A stretch of 59,614 nt of DNA, the filler included, from Sphacelaria rigidula (taxonomy: Eukaryota): NCBI GenBank assembly GCA_964200075.2. It is 10 parts of 10 records of this genome, joined end to end, with 100 filler letters (N's around TTAATTAATTAA, not from the genome) between each part and the next. Parts side by side here need not be neighbours in the genome. Positions count along the whole stretch, not along the records: positions 1 to 5,872 come from CAXNAA020023828.1; positions 5,973 to 11,844 come from CAXNAA020023829.1; 8 more parts are not named here. One strand, written 5' to 3'. Within the stretch, counting starts at the first letter, position 1, and each line of letters starts with the position of its first letter. A program made the translations under genes and the position numbers. A model generated the notes under the pieces. That model was given only the letters and a program-made list of their open reading frames with translations. It did not search any database and had not been told where the DNA came from. Shown one piece after another: positions 1 through 11,944 of this stretch.

Positions 1-49
1 CCTCTACAAAGCCGGGACGGAGCACGCCGGGTTCTCGCCGGACCAGGCT
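1..49 (+). repeat. Dispersed repeat family A, fragment at contig start
   Basis: CTACAAAGCCGGGACGGAGCACGCCGGGTTCTCGCCGGACCAGGCT matches the copies at 5973-6310 and (reverse) 2745-3125. Confidence 0.85.
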
Positions 50-1267
50 GAAGGGGAAGAGGGGAAGGGAGGGGTTATGAGACCGGGCACTGCAACAACT
101 CTCGTTATGGTGGGCCTTGAAGTTGTTGCAGAGAGAAATAAGACCCGTATACATAAAAAGTATAAGAAAACGTCACGGAAATGTGCTCTTCTCTTGTCCT
201 CTGCATCCTGTGTACGTTTTTCGAAACATATTAAGCGGATGATGAATTACCGAAGCCTCGGACTCCGAACACGACTGCCCTCGACAAGACCTGATTGAAC
301 CCGGCCTCATATTGAGCAACACTCCACACCGTGGACAAAATAGTACATTTTCAGAAAAATTGTACTGCGTACAGTATCGAATCTCGTGCCTATTGCAGTA
401 GACGAAATAGCCGATACTGTACGCAGCACACTTTTGAACAACGTAATATATTGTCATCATCCAGGCTGTGCAATACCCACAGGGGGCAAAGTGCGGTACC
501 TCCGCTTGCAAGTCATGTCCAGGGCGCATCCAACGGACTAGGAAACCTTCAACATAGATGGGGAGTACTCTGCGGATGATGACCGATATTCTGAACGAGG
601 CATGCATTACGAACACGCAGACAATTGACCCAACAAGATATTAGAAAACCTCACGAGCGTAGTCACCGTGAAAATGATTAAAACAATTATCTACAACATT
701 TCAATTTCTCGGAAAGTGACAGTAACGCAAATTACTTGGTTTACTTCGAATGACACGGGGCAGGGCGTAGGACGTGGTGAGCTAAGGTGTGAAATAGTAC
801 GCACCAGAGTTATGTAAGGCTATTCCCGTGCATGGCAGGTGCGGGGACAATGTTTTTCAGGTCTACACGAGATGTATCGATACTGTTCGAATTTCCCGAT
901 TCACTTCGCATACCTTTCCGGTGTTCCGTACGTTATCCACTAATACGGCGCTGAAAACAAAACGCACACAGGAAATTTATAAAAAATGACTGACTAATGG
1001 GTATGGATCTTCTGGAAGACACAGACCTATTCTCATGCACTTCTACATATAGCCTTCCGCTTTTCCATAAGGCTTCAAAAAAACACAAGAAGACATGTCA
1101 ACCCATTCATCTCACAAGCAAAACAATCCCTATCCCACCTCAATGTTACCACTTGTCATTCTTCTCTCCACAGAAATCGGTCAGAAATAACATGGGCGCA
1201 TTTTACGTGTTCGCCGTGGAGTGGGGCTACAGAAAAATAGATCAAAGAGTTGTATCGGTGCACCCAC

Positions 1268-1354
1268 CTTCTCTCCGGTTCTGGAGTATGCCGTGTGGAG
1301 TTTGTTCACAACCCCCTCTCGCGCCCACTTTTCCATCCTGTCGACGTGCAGAAA
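1268..1354 (-). CDS. Diflavin reductase (CPR/NOS/MTRR-type) NADPH-binding domain, exon 3 of 3 seen
   Basis: TGCAG| acceptor, |GTGGGT donor, 87 bp phase 0; [29 protein letters not shown] matches the family segment FLY.dEl....G.l..l..AfSR...K. Confidence 0.8.
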
Positions 1355-2744
1355 CTGCAAACGTCATGGAGGACACCAGGGGGAGACGCAGGAAAACGAT
1401 TAACAAGGGATCAGAGAGGTGAAAGGCAATGCAGTTTGATTACTCCCTCTCTTGTACGCGACGAGAAGTTGCTGCAGGATCCCCGCGGAGCGTAAATAGG
1501 GTTTTCTATCCCCGCGCAGCGTAGATGAGGTTTGACATTTTCTCGCGTGATATCTGTGTGAACCAGATGAAGACGGTACGTGTGCTGGCCAGGGGGTGCA
1601 GTATTTCAGTGGTGTGCCGGGGAAGAAGGCATCGAAGCACACGTTGTAGCGCCTTCCCACGAGCTTTGAAACAACGGCAGTGGGAGGATTGTCTTGTACG
1701 GGAACTGCATCCTCCGCCTCTCACATCCTATCCCTACTGGTAGCCTTGTATCTGACGGGACTGGGCGATTTCCATTCGATATTTTTCGGTCGGGATATTT
1801 CACATCACTTCCGCTCTGCATCAGGGAATATTGCCACGATGTATCTCGAAGAGAGACGCATCGCCCCGCTGAGAGATGTCAAGCTCATTTTTTCGATTGG
1901 TGAGGCTCCCACGACTCGAAAATGACCACATGAAAAAAGTCTGACTGGAAAGCGCGAAGCGGGAAATGGCGATGTGCATGTTTTCGCGAATATCAGACCA
2001 TTTAGTATGGATTGAAGACGGTTTAGATCACAAGTGCCAGTTATGACTTTTCGGCGGCGTGTTTCGAGCGAAAGGACAGCTGGGCGGATAGTGCCACCTC
2101 ATGTTGACTTGCTCTGCTATCTGAGGGGGATCTAGCGCCCTTCGACGATCAAAGGTGCGCGCACTTTGACGTATGGGCTTGCACACTAAGCTGCACAAGC
2201 CCTGGAGATCCACGGACGTGATCGTCACTTACTTTTACGGCGAACTAAACGTAACAAGGTCCTTTCCAATTACATAGCTTCAATGGAAGATGACGGCCTC
2301 CAGTACTACAACATGTTTTCGTCGTAGAAGTCGAAAATATTTTCATAGATTGTACAAAAAATGTCGAGAGTATGACTGAACCTCAGGCCGTGTCTTATCG
2401 AGACACAACATATCAACGTTCGCCTGTGATCAGCGTTGGCGATACCATCACCCCTCCCCGCAAAAAATAAAACCTTGAGCAGATGCGAACAAATTTCCTG
2501 GCGTCGCGCACTTGAGCGTTTCGAAATCAGTTGGGCTGTCGGAGAAAATCAAGCTCTTCGTACGCGAACATGAAATCGCGGCACAACCACCCTACGGTAC
2601 TACTGATACTCCCACTCCTCATGGGGTTGGTGTCGGTTAGAACTACGCTGTAAAACACCTCACTCACTGCGTTAGCTAGGGAATCAGGTTTCCATTTTTT
2701 TCTGCGCTTGGACGTTTTCTTGCGGTAACGATGATGGTGGTCGA

Positions 2745-3125
2745 GCTGGATCATGTTGTGCGGGGTGGAAGAACGTCACCTCCGCGCAGAGGGAAGCATA
2801 ATACTACGTCGTGATTGAATGGTCAGACACCCATGAGGCAGGGTATAAGCCGTGGCTGACTCTGGAAGTGGCGATAACAGAAAATGAAGCACCGTATTGA
2901 AGGCGGCCATCCAAACGCAAGATATCAGTGCTCTTCGGACCGAACAAGCTTACAGTAGCAGGATGCAGCTCATCCTTGATACGACTCGCCGAACACGCCA
3001 CGGCACTTCGCGCTTGGTGGTTTGAGTGCAAGCCTGGTCCGGCGAAAACCCGGCGTGCTCCGTCCCGGCGCTGTAGGGATGCGAGGCCAATCGTATCATG
3101 ACTATGGCATGCATGATCATGACCA
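2745..3125 (-). repeat. Dispersed repeat family A, near full-length copy
   Basis: Colinear reverse-complement similarity to 5799-5872 plus 5973-6310, and direct similarity to 38450-38812. Confidence 0.85.
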
Positions 3126-3927
3126 CATGCCCGCTGTGCGTACCATGCTACTGACATGTCCCTACCGCACGCACCGGATCACGTCACTGGAGAGATTCGT
3201 ATGGACCGTACAGCACGTACACCAACTTTGTTGTTGAGTTGATATCGTCCTTGGTAAGTGGTCTTGCGGTGTTCCTTGATTTGTGTGCTTGTACCTGCTC
3301 TACTGTTCCGTGCCCTTGGGTTCCATCACTTGGGTAGTCTGTTTCTCTCCTATCTCTTTCCCCATCTCTCTCTCTTTCTCTGTCCTGTTTCCTTCCGGTG
3401 TATGCAGGTAGGAGTTTGGTGCCCCTTTCCCGTAGGGTTCATGGGTGAGAGAGCTCATGCCCAAAGAGTACGGCCGAAATAGATGAGCCGCGGGCTGCAC
3501 CCACGGCGTTTTGTTTTTTCTTGATTGAGTATGGATGCGTGTGCTTTTGCACAAGATCTTTGCGACCTGAAGCCATGTATGTTGCAAAAGACGACCACAT
3601 CCACTTGTTTTGCCTTTTTTTATTCAGTCTACCCTGTGTCTGTTCCATCTTTGTGTCAGTTCCATCTTTTTGTCTCCTCACTTTCCTCCAGCGGTGAGGC
3701 ATGGTCTTGACATTCATTCAACTCGTGGAGAATCAGAAGCCAACCAACCTCTGAGTCATCGCATTTTCCCCGTCATTCGAATATGTCAAGTTTCAACGGT
3801 TAGCCGTGCTATCGTGCCCACAGGTCTGTGGTGTGTTGACGTCGTGCGCAGTGCGTTTTAAGAGATAGCGGCATGCCATCACGTTTATGGTCGATATTTG
3901 CGGTGTAGTTCGTGGGAGAGCACCAAC

Positions 3928-4050
3928 CTCGCCGGCGTGACGGCAGCCAAAGTAGACATCGCATGGCGCCAGTTGATGCCCCTCTGTCATTTGTTTAGCC
4001 CTTGCTTCTAGGAAGCCAACCATCGGGCTGATGCCTGTTCCGGGCCCAAC
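3928..4050 (-). CDS. Diflavin reductase exon 2 (GPGTG and YFGCR motifs)
   Basis: GACAG| acceptor, |GTTGGT donor, 123 bp phase 0; [41 protein letters not shown]. Confidence 0.9.
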
Positions 4051-4310
4051 CTGTCAGAAAGTTGAGGGAAAAAGAAGGAAAAAAAAAGGGCACATGAACC
4101 AGCGACGGAGGCGAAACTGTGGATGCGGGAAGGCTGGGGAAGGGTCGTTCTCGCCCTATGGATTGACGATTTTGAAGATTTTATCAACATTCGAACGCAA
4201 CACCTGTAGCAAGCCACGTGTAGAAACGTATGAGTGGCTTATTGCTCTCCCTTCATCGAAAAGAGGTGATTTGCTCCATGTGTCTACTTTGTGGCATACC
4301 TACGATATAC

Positions 4311-4369
4311 CTCCCTCGTCCCTCCTAGGGACGAGTCGGTCGTCTCAGGGAATCAACCTATCCCCTCCG
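4311..4369 (+). repeat. Dispersed repeat family B fragment
   Basis: GGGACGAGTCGGTCGTCTCAGGGAATCAACC is similar to GGGACGAGTCCGTGGTCTCAAGGGATCAACC at 33720-33780 on another contig. Confidence 0.6.
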
Positions 4370-4737
4370 TTAAGGAGCGGAAAGTGCACTTATCTAGCTT
4401 CGTGCACTGAATCACGACTCTCGCAGCCCCGTGCGATCTCATCAGAAATATATTTCAGAAGCTCTCCTTTTCCTATGTTTCCCGGCGATGGAAACCGGGA
4501 GAAATGACTCAACTGTCGGAATTGGCGTTCACTTAGTCCTCCCCAGGAAGTGCTAGTGTACCAGTTTGAGCACTGGGGCGCGGCGGAAACTCCCCTGTAT
4601 CGTGAAATATTGGACAGAATGGAGAACCCGACGTTTTTCTCGGAGTGACGCTTCTCAGCGTACATGACACCAATTGGAGAGTCTCGATGTTGTTTTTCAT
4701 TGCCCAATGCCCTGAGAGATATTATAACCCCCACACA

Positions 4738-5066
4738 AGAACTTCATATCCTGCAACTGTCTGATGAAACGAAACGTTCACGAGAAGCTGCGCTGCGCTG
4801 AGAAAGAGAAAACATGTATGCCGAGGAGAATACACAGCGGGTTATGAACTTTTCTACTCTCGAAGTTCACAAGAGAGGGGGAGTGGGGAGTGGGGAGTGG
4901 GGAGGAGAACTTCATTTCCTGCAGCTGTCTGGTGAATCGAAATGTTCACAAGAAGCTGCGCCGCGCTGAGAAAGAGGAAACATGTATGCCGAGGCGAATG
5001 CACACCGGGTTATGAACTTTTCTACTCTCGAAATTCACAAGAGAGGGGGAGTGGGGAGTGGGGAGG
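4738..5066. repeat. Intronic tandem duplication (168 + 161 bp) ending in (GGGGAGT)n
   Basis: Units 4738-4905 and 4906-5066 both start AGAACTTCAT and end in GGGGAGT repeats. Confidence 0.9.
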
Positions 5067-5632
5067 TCCAGTATCTAGTTATGGGGTACACAATCTGAAA
5101 TTTTCTGACAGCGAGTAGCCCATACACTTGCTCTTGACAGCGTGTTGTATTCGCAAGGAGTTGAGCCCTGCTCTGTCCGCGAGGTGACCTTCACAACAAG
5201 ACCATTTGTCTATAGATACATTTGATTTGATTTGATTTGGTTGTCGTACTTTAACTGACCTCCCCTCCCCCCCCTCCACACTATGCATGATCATGAGTAC
5301 ACCCCCCCTCCACGGATCCAGACGTAGTCGCATGATATACGTACCCAAAACACAACAAAACTGAAACACTCGCTGAAGAAAAAGAAGAATCAGAAAAAAA
5401 AAAAAGTACAACGGAACGACATAGTAAACCAAGACGTACGAAAAATATATAACAGAAAAAAAATAAAAGGAATAGAAAGCACAGAACTGTTTATAAATAT
5501 ATATATATATATGTATCCTGCGTTCGTTCCCGGCTCGTGTGAACAAAAAGATTTCCTCCGAAGAGAACTATGCCCTGTACATGCATGTGTCGAGCAAACG
5601 CTGTGCAATGGACAGAACTCTTTGTGGCTCAC

Positions 5633-5779
5633 CATGATCACCGGGGACGCATGCGGGTCGGGAGGCGGGCGGAATGTCGACGTCTTGACCGCGACATGCA
5701 CACCGGAGCCCTCAGGCTGACGAGCCAGGTAATGGGAGCACAGTCCTTCTCGAATCGTCATATGCTGGTCAGACACCAC
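5633..5779 (-). CDS. Diflavin reductase exon 1 (end of FAD-binding domain)
   Basis: CTGCAG| acceptor, |GTGAGC donor, 147 bp phase 0; [49 protein letters not shown] contains the G.CS.YL and FR.P.DP..P.IM motifs. Confidence 0.9.
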
Positions 5780-5798
5780 CTGCAGTTGGTTACCCAGA

Positions 5799-5872
5799 GG
5801 GGGGGGTGTACTCATGATCATGCATGCCATAGACATAAGACCATTGACCTCGCATCCCTACAAAGCCGGGAC
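5799..5872 (+). repeat. Repeat family A terminus (G-tract end) at contig end
   Basis: GGGGGGGTGTACTCATGATCATGCATGCCATAG..GACCATTGACCTCGCATCCCTACAAAGCCGGG, nearly identical to 35657-35731. Confidence 0.9.
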
Positions 5873-5972
5873 NNNNNNNNNNNNNNNNNNNNNNNNNNNN
5901 NNNNNNNNNNNNNNNNTTAATTAATTAANNNNNNNNNNNNNNNNNNNNNNNNNNNNNNNNNNNNNNNNNNNN
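5873..5972. other. Artificial contig spacer
   Basis: 44 N + TTAATTAATTAA (stops in all six frames) + 44 N. Confidence 0.98.
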
Positions 5973-6310
5973 CTCCCCGCATCCCTACAAAGCCGGGACG
6001 GGGCACGCCGGGTTTTCGCCAGACCAGACTCGCAATCGATCACCAAGCGCGAAGCGCCGTGATATGTTCGGCGAGTTGCATGAAGGGTGAGCTGCGTTCT
6101 GCCAAGAACGTTCGGCCCGAATCGCACTGATTATCTTGCATTTGGATGACAGCCTCTAATGAGTTGCTTCATTCTCTGGTATCGCCACTTCCAGACACAG
6201 CCACGGCTTACACTCTGCCTCATGGGTGTCTCATCATGTAAACACCACGTAGCATGATCATCCCCTTTGCGCGGAATCGAGGTTCTCCCACCCCGCACAG
6301 TATCATCTAC
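5973..6310 (+). repeat. Repeat family A body at contig start
   Basis: Colinear with the reverse complement of 2745-3125 and 38450-38812. Confidence 0.85.
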
Positions 6311-7074
6311 AATAGCTCGACCACCATCATGATTGCCGCAATAAACGCAGGCGCGCGCAACAAATCGGTAAACCGGTTGCCTAGCTTACGCATTGAGTGG
6401 CGTGTTTTACAGCGTACGTTTCGCTTCATCTCGATTTTCCGATCAAGGATCCTCCAATACTGGAAGTATTCAGATCAACGAAACAAAACCTAGAAATGGA
6501 GCCTTTTGTCTTTCATGGCCGTGAAGACATCGCACAAGATGTGCACTACAAATGCTCATGTAACCTCACCCTTCTTCGTCCAAGGGTAGGCCCATCATGG
6601 AAACTTACTAAGTTTGTTCGTGTCTGCAATAATTAACTATGAAAATGGGGGTCTTCGGGGATCTTGCGAAATAAAAGTACCACCATACACAGTAACGTAA
6701 CCGAAAAGAGAATGAAACGGCACTTTACACCAGATCCATTTCAACCTAGTAACACCCATCGTTCAACAACGCACGTTTCGCAAGGCTGCGCAATATTAGT
6801 GCTCAGGCACGCCTGTCGACATCGCCTGTTGCAATAAAGCATACCTCACATCGAGTGTGTTCTTTCCTTCAATGATCGCCCGTCACATAAGAAGAGTTAA
6901 GGCTAAGCTGCACCTTAACAGACGCATCGATATACAATACCCAATATTCCATTCTGCCGATTGCATTCACATCGCATCGTCTGTCGAATAGACATGTAAA
7001 GCGTTCACGGACATGTAAAACGTTCACCTAAAATGGTGCGCTGTACGTATCATGCCTGTGACGAAGGTAAATAC

Positions 7075-8927
7075 CCCGGCCCTTCAACACGAAATTCAAC
7101 TCACCGGTTTTTGTCTTGTCTTCGACTATCGTCTCCGCGATGACCTTGGAAGCGTGTTGCACCTCCGCGGCCCGCTCTTTGAGAAAGTCCTGGAGAACGT
7201 TCTCGTCCATCTCCATGACGCGTTTCACCTCAGTGTCACTGGGAGGCGGACGGAACAGCATCTTCGCGTAAGTTTCGATTATCGTTGGGGAAGTGGGGGC
7301 GCCGTGGGAAAGACTGGGTATATGAAATGCAATTAATCGCACGCCCACCCAACGCACACATGCAAAGCAACACAACACACAACATAATCGCAGAAATGTA
7401 CAAATGTGCATATGCTGCTGCCGTCGCTCGGCACGTCTTGGTACCAAAAAAAGTCGGACTCCCACCAGCATCACAGAAACTCATTTCAGTAGAGTGCGCA
7501 GGAGGATCTACATATCTCACTAGTATATACTTTCCGCATGTAGCCCACGGTAAGATCCAAGTCCTGAATCCCAATTCATCGACACCGACGCTCCTTACAT
7601 AGTGTAACAAATTTCCTCTTCCGAGATTCGTATCTCGGGTAAAACTGAAAAATTCAGGGAAGGACTTCTGTAACAACCCAAACAGTGTAATTCATACCTG
7701 CGCTTCATCTTTCGTGTGGAATAGTCGATTGCCCTTCCGACAAAGTGTGCCGTCAAGTCACGGACTTCCGCGGCGTGAGACAAACAAGATCACAGATCAC
7801 CTGGAAACAGCACACCAATGGCTTGCCCCACATGCGTGAGATCAAACACCCGGCGGGCTTTCTGCAACCAACGCGCGAGTGCCCGCGCATTCAGCGCGGA
7901 CTCTAGGAACCGCGCCAGAGCACACCAGTAGAGTTAGGTGGCAGTATTCCACACGAATGGGATGCGCCGTCGAAAGTTGTGAGTGGGTGGCGAAAAAAAG
8001 CTTATTCGACGGTGCCTCACGCAAACGGGTCAGATGATATACACGAGCTACTGTGGCAAGTTCAGGCTTCAGGTTTCGACTGCTTGCGCTCCTCACCGGG
8101 CCTCTCTGTAGCCAGCTGAGAACTCCGACAGAGACAGGCGGATGACGTCCAGGCGTTCTTGTGCCAGCGCCTTAAGGTCGTGTCGGGAATCCTGGCACAT
8201 TAGACAAGAAAAAAACACAGTACCAATGACGATGACGACGACGGCAGCAACAACGGCAAAATAAATACGCGGCATCAGCGACCATATAAGAATATAGGAG
8301 CATATAATTTCAGTACAAACTCCGCTACATGTACGGATCGCTACTGGTTGGTTGATTGATTGATTGTCGCACTCAAAGTGACCCCCCAGGGGTCAAGCCG
8401 TGGTCCCATGATAGACGCACCCAACAAAAACGAAACCGAAACACGCTCTAAGGGAAATAAGCTACTGTATCTCTGAAGTCATTGCTTCACTTATTACTTC
8501 ACGCAGTACCGGGTACCTGCTGCGAAAACGTGCCGCGCGATTCTAGTTATAAAATTTCCACTCGTGAAGGTATCTATTGATTCAACTCGTCCAATTGCCC
8601 ATGTATTCATCATTTCATCAATCCTTGAGGCCGAGGAGGACTCTCTGAACCCCTTCATCGCGATGGCAGCCAGGTGTGAGTCCGTGTACGTGTCACTACG
8701 ACGCTTCATACTTTTGATTTTCCATGTATGCGAGAAAATCTTTGAGGTAAAAAGTCCGAAGCGGCAACTCTGTATGAGTCATTGGAAGTTCAGTTTTTTT
8801 ACATTGTACTATGGCCGGATTAAGGTTTATCGGAAGCCTGTTACAAGGCATTGAACTTTCTCTGGAACAAAAGGGTACTGACAGGTGAAGCATGAGCAAC
8901 TGCTAATGTGAAGACAACAACAACAAT

Positions 8928-8986
<59 letters not shown>

Positions 8987-10996
8987 CTGCATGATATCCA
9001 TTCCTATTGCTGAAATGCCGCGGTTAGGGTCGGAGCTATCAAACATCAACATCCATCCATCTCTGTGCCGGTGTTAGGATTCTCAACCATATCGTGGTAC
9101 TCACGTGGAGCTCCGACATAAGTTCCGCCATCTCCTTCTTTGCCATCTCCAGATCCTGCATCAAATACCATCACCGCAACCAAGTAGGCATCACGAAAGA
9201 TACTAGCACATACAAGGTTAAGGAGGGTACCAGCGAAAAACAAACGAACATCCACCAGAAAAACGTGTAGCCAACTTGCCAAAACGAACAGAGAGGTTTG
9301 TACGGTGATGTCCTCGGGGCTTGAAATTCGTAACGCACAGTGTTCACCATATCGGTGTTAGGAAGAGAAAACAAACGGTGCGCAAGGGGAAAATGTGCTG
9401 GGTGACGCTACAAACTTCGTGCCTCCACGGCGAAAACAGTTGGTATGGTCAGTTTCGAGCAAGGGAACCTATAGAAGCTTCCCAGAGACCAGCTGCGGAA
9501 ACCCCCATTATTGATATGTAATCCGCTTTCGCCTGTTCACTTCGGCGAAGAATTATTAAAAGCACTTCGGAAACTGTTTGATAGGAGAACTCAGCACTGG
9601 AATGAATATGTCGGCTTCAGGTTACAGCCATCTGCGATGGGAATGATGAGTTGTAGAATCTGAACAATTTTCCATTCGTTCTCCCCACAGATGACGCACA
9701 GGCCATATCTCCCTGTTGGTCAAAGTGCCCTTAGGTACTGGGACCCATGAGGCTCGAGGGCACACAGCAGAACGACCCGTGTAAGGTTCTTCTATTGTTA
9801 TAAACTAGAACTAGTATCAAAATATTTATTCATCCCTGCATTAGGGCTATTTTGACCGTGTTTTTTCTGCAAACTTGAGATTGTTGATCCCTTTGAACTG
9901 CGCACCACAACTTGGGAAAAGGGTTGTGCCACAGCACTCCCAGATACAGCAATTAAGACGCTCACACATCTATCACATCTAGCAGCACGTCAAGCGTGCG
10001 TATGAGCACGTTTGGTAACCACTAGCTGCGTGAAGAAGCTGCACATAATCCCACCGACGGTCCTCTTTGAGGCTACCCTGCAGTTATGCATGAGACCAGG
10101 TTGTTTGGCATTTCTTCGTTTGGATGCATTTCTCTTGAACGTTTGTTTCACGGTATTATTTTTGGCAGCTACTTACACTTAGGCTGCCACTGCTACGCTG
10201 GCTAGGCGTTGTGGTACTTAGCCAGTGTGCTAGGTATATGAACATTACTCCGGCATGGCTATTAGTCCATAGCTTCAATAAAAAAAAGGGCGTGCACCTC
10301 CGGCGTCTTATGCGTAGACTCGCGGACGGACTTTACGAGGGCATCGAGTTGTCTCCGTCTTTGCTGCATCGCACTGTCACCATCTTCCTCGTCCGCTTTG
10401 GTCCGATTCTTGCTCCATGCGAAAGAATCGTCGAACGATCTTCGGTACTCGCCGAATGCATCCGACAAAATCTCACGGTGCTTCGAAAGTGGAAGTTTCC
10501 TGCTTGACAGTTGCAGCCCATTGTAGCAGCACAGCGACGGCGTCAGAGTGAGTGTTAACAATCTCGACGGGGTGTTCTTCCATGGTGAGATTCGGCGGCA
10601 GTTCGGCGCGGTAGATGCTAACAGCAAAGGATGCAAAACGTGTGTAGCTCCAAGCAGACTATCATGAGTTACAGTGCAATAATGGTGGTGTTATTGGCAG
10701 GGTAAAATTGATACGGTGGGCAGTTGGATCTGTGATGTAGCTTCCACTCTGTAAGTAGACGTTCCTCTTACAACACATAATCGACAACGAGCGCGACGTC
10801 GCTAGCACGAACACAACATTCACATTCCTAGCACAGCACGACCGATTGTTAAAAAAAACGTCGCAGAAACATGACCTTAATAAAATCTCCTGCATACCAA
10901 CATGGGAGGTTTACCTCACCCATCGTACCTGAGATTCTTGAAAGTCACGACGGGTGGCGTGTACTCTGGAGGATCTGGCATGGGCGTATTTGAGTT
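7075..10996 (-). CDS. Fragment of a multi-exon gene of unknown function (possibly degenerate)
   Basis: Several same-strand, protein-like blocks, some bounded by AG/GT: 10929-10996 (NSNTPMPDPPEYTPPVVTFKNL), ~10262-10505, ~8517-8709, 8097-8191 (DSRHDLKALAQERLDVIRLSLSEFSAGYREA), ~7698-7775, 7075-7313 (IIETYAKMLFRPPPSDTEVKRVMEMDENVLQDFLKERAAEV). Not all splice phases could be reconciled. Confidence 0.5.
8914..8987. repeat. (CAA)n microsatellite
   Basis: Seen directly. Confidence 0.95.
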
Positions 10997-11288
10997 CTAA
11001 AGGAGTGCACACAGCGAATCATCCAAGGGGAAGACCGAACAACGGGGGGAAACGGCGACTAAGAACAGTGTATTTATGAAGTCATAGTGGAAGAATTCCG
11101 TTCAAATGTGCGAAAGACCAGTTGAGTCGAGGCGCAATACCATAATATGTCTCACCATTTACCATTTAGTTTACAATGGATGTACCAGATTGTGGGGTTC
11201 GGGTGGATGTAGGGATCGAGCACGGCTCTCGACGTGGTTGCGGCACGACCCGGTTGAAATAGGTACGGATTTTTGCGGTACGATGTGG

Positions 11289-11290
<2 letters not shown>

Positions 11291-11375
<85 letters not shown>

Positions 11376-11376
11376 T
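11291..11376. repeat. (GT)n(GA)n compound microsatellite
   Basis: Seen directly. Confidence 0.95.
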
Positions 11377-11532
11377 GAGTGTTGTCGTCCCATCTAATCT
11401 GGATGCCGGTCTACACCTTTCGGTATACATGGGTGCACCAGCCGGGGTCACACAGGAGAAAGATCAACACAGGAGTTTTTCTTCTTCGTTTGTTTTTAGT
11501 ACCCCACCTTCCTTCTGCGGTGCTTGCCTTTC

Positions 11533-11728
11533 TTTTTTATTGCGAGAGGGGTTCAGCAGTGCCATTCCCTCGTCGACCGTCGAGTCGAATTTTGTGTACC
11601 CACGACATAGTCACTCTCCACTGTTGAGCATGGTGTGAGAAAAAATCCCAGATCACTTCGAGGTTTGAACCCACCACCCAACTGTCAGTAGGTTTCGAGG
11701 TTATCAACTGAGCCACCGGGGCGACCGG
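11533..11728 (-). mobile_element. tRNA-derived SINE-like element
   Basis: Head CCGGTCGCCCCGGTGGCTCAGTTGA (A box-like) and GGTTCAAACC (B box-like), followed by a non-tRNA body and an A-rich AATAAAAAA end; 3' limit approximate. Confidence 0.65.
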
Positions 11729-11770
11729 CATGCGGTGGAAATAATCTCGGTATTCGTGTTGGGGGCAATT

Positions 11771-11844
11771 CGGTCGCCCCGGTGGCTCAGTTGGTAACCT
11801 CGTAACCTTCTGATGGTTGAGTTGGGGGGTTCGATTCCCGGAGC
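11771..11844 (+). mobile_element. tRNA-derived SINE-like head, cut by contig end
   Basis: CGGTCGCCCCGGTGGCTCAGTTGG (A box) and GGTTCGATTCC (B box); same head as the minus-strand copy about 40 bp away. Confidence 0.7.
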
Positions 11845-11944
11845 NNNNNNNNNNNNNNNNNNNNNNNNNNNNNNNNNNNNNNNNNNNNTTAATTAATTAA
11901 NNNNNNNNNNNNNNNNNNNNNNNNNNNNNNNNNNNNNNNNNNNN
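11845..11944. other. Artificial contig spacer
   Basis: 44 N + TTAATTAATTAA + 44 N. Confidence 0.98.

Noticed and set aside
1400..1660. LRSAGILQQLLVAYKR and DFMFAYEEL (ORF 2527-2754) as further reductase exons
   Set aside because: The 1268-1354 exon supplies that segment with correct phase and splice sites; these look coincidental
2804..3157. Recurrent short ORFs with TIDLASLQSRDGARRVF as a protein family
   Set aside because: Translations of repeat family A; frames and stops differ between copies
5917..5928. Regularly spaced TTAATTAATTAA palindromes as a biological periodic signal
   Set aside because: Always embedded in 44 N + 44 N; a synthetic six-frame stop linker
5851..6000. Apparent overlap (CGCATCCCTACAAAGCCGGGAC) across the first spacer suggesting contigs 1 and 2 are adjacent
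   Set aside because: It is the high-copy family A repeat found at many contig ends, and contig order follows length
11106..11638. ORFs with CV/HT dipeptide repeats
   Set aside because: Translations of a (GT)n microsatellite
11776..11844. Intact tRNA gene
   Set aside because: A and B boxes are present but the T stem and acceptor stem cannot both form and no clean anticodon arm is evident; the sister copy continues into a non-tRNA body
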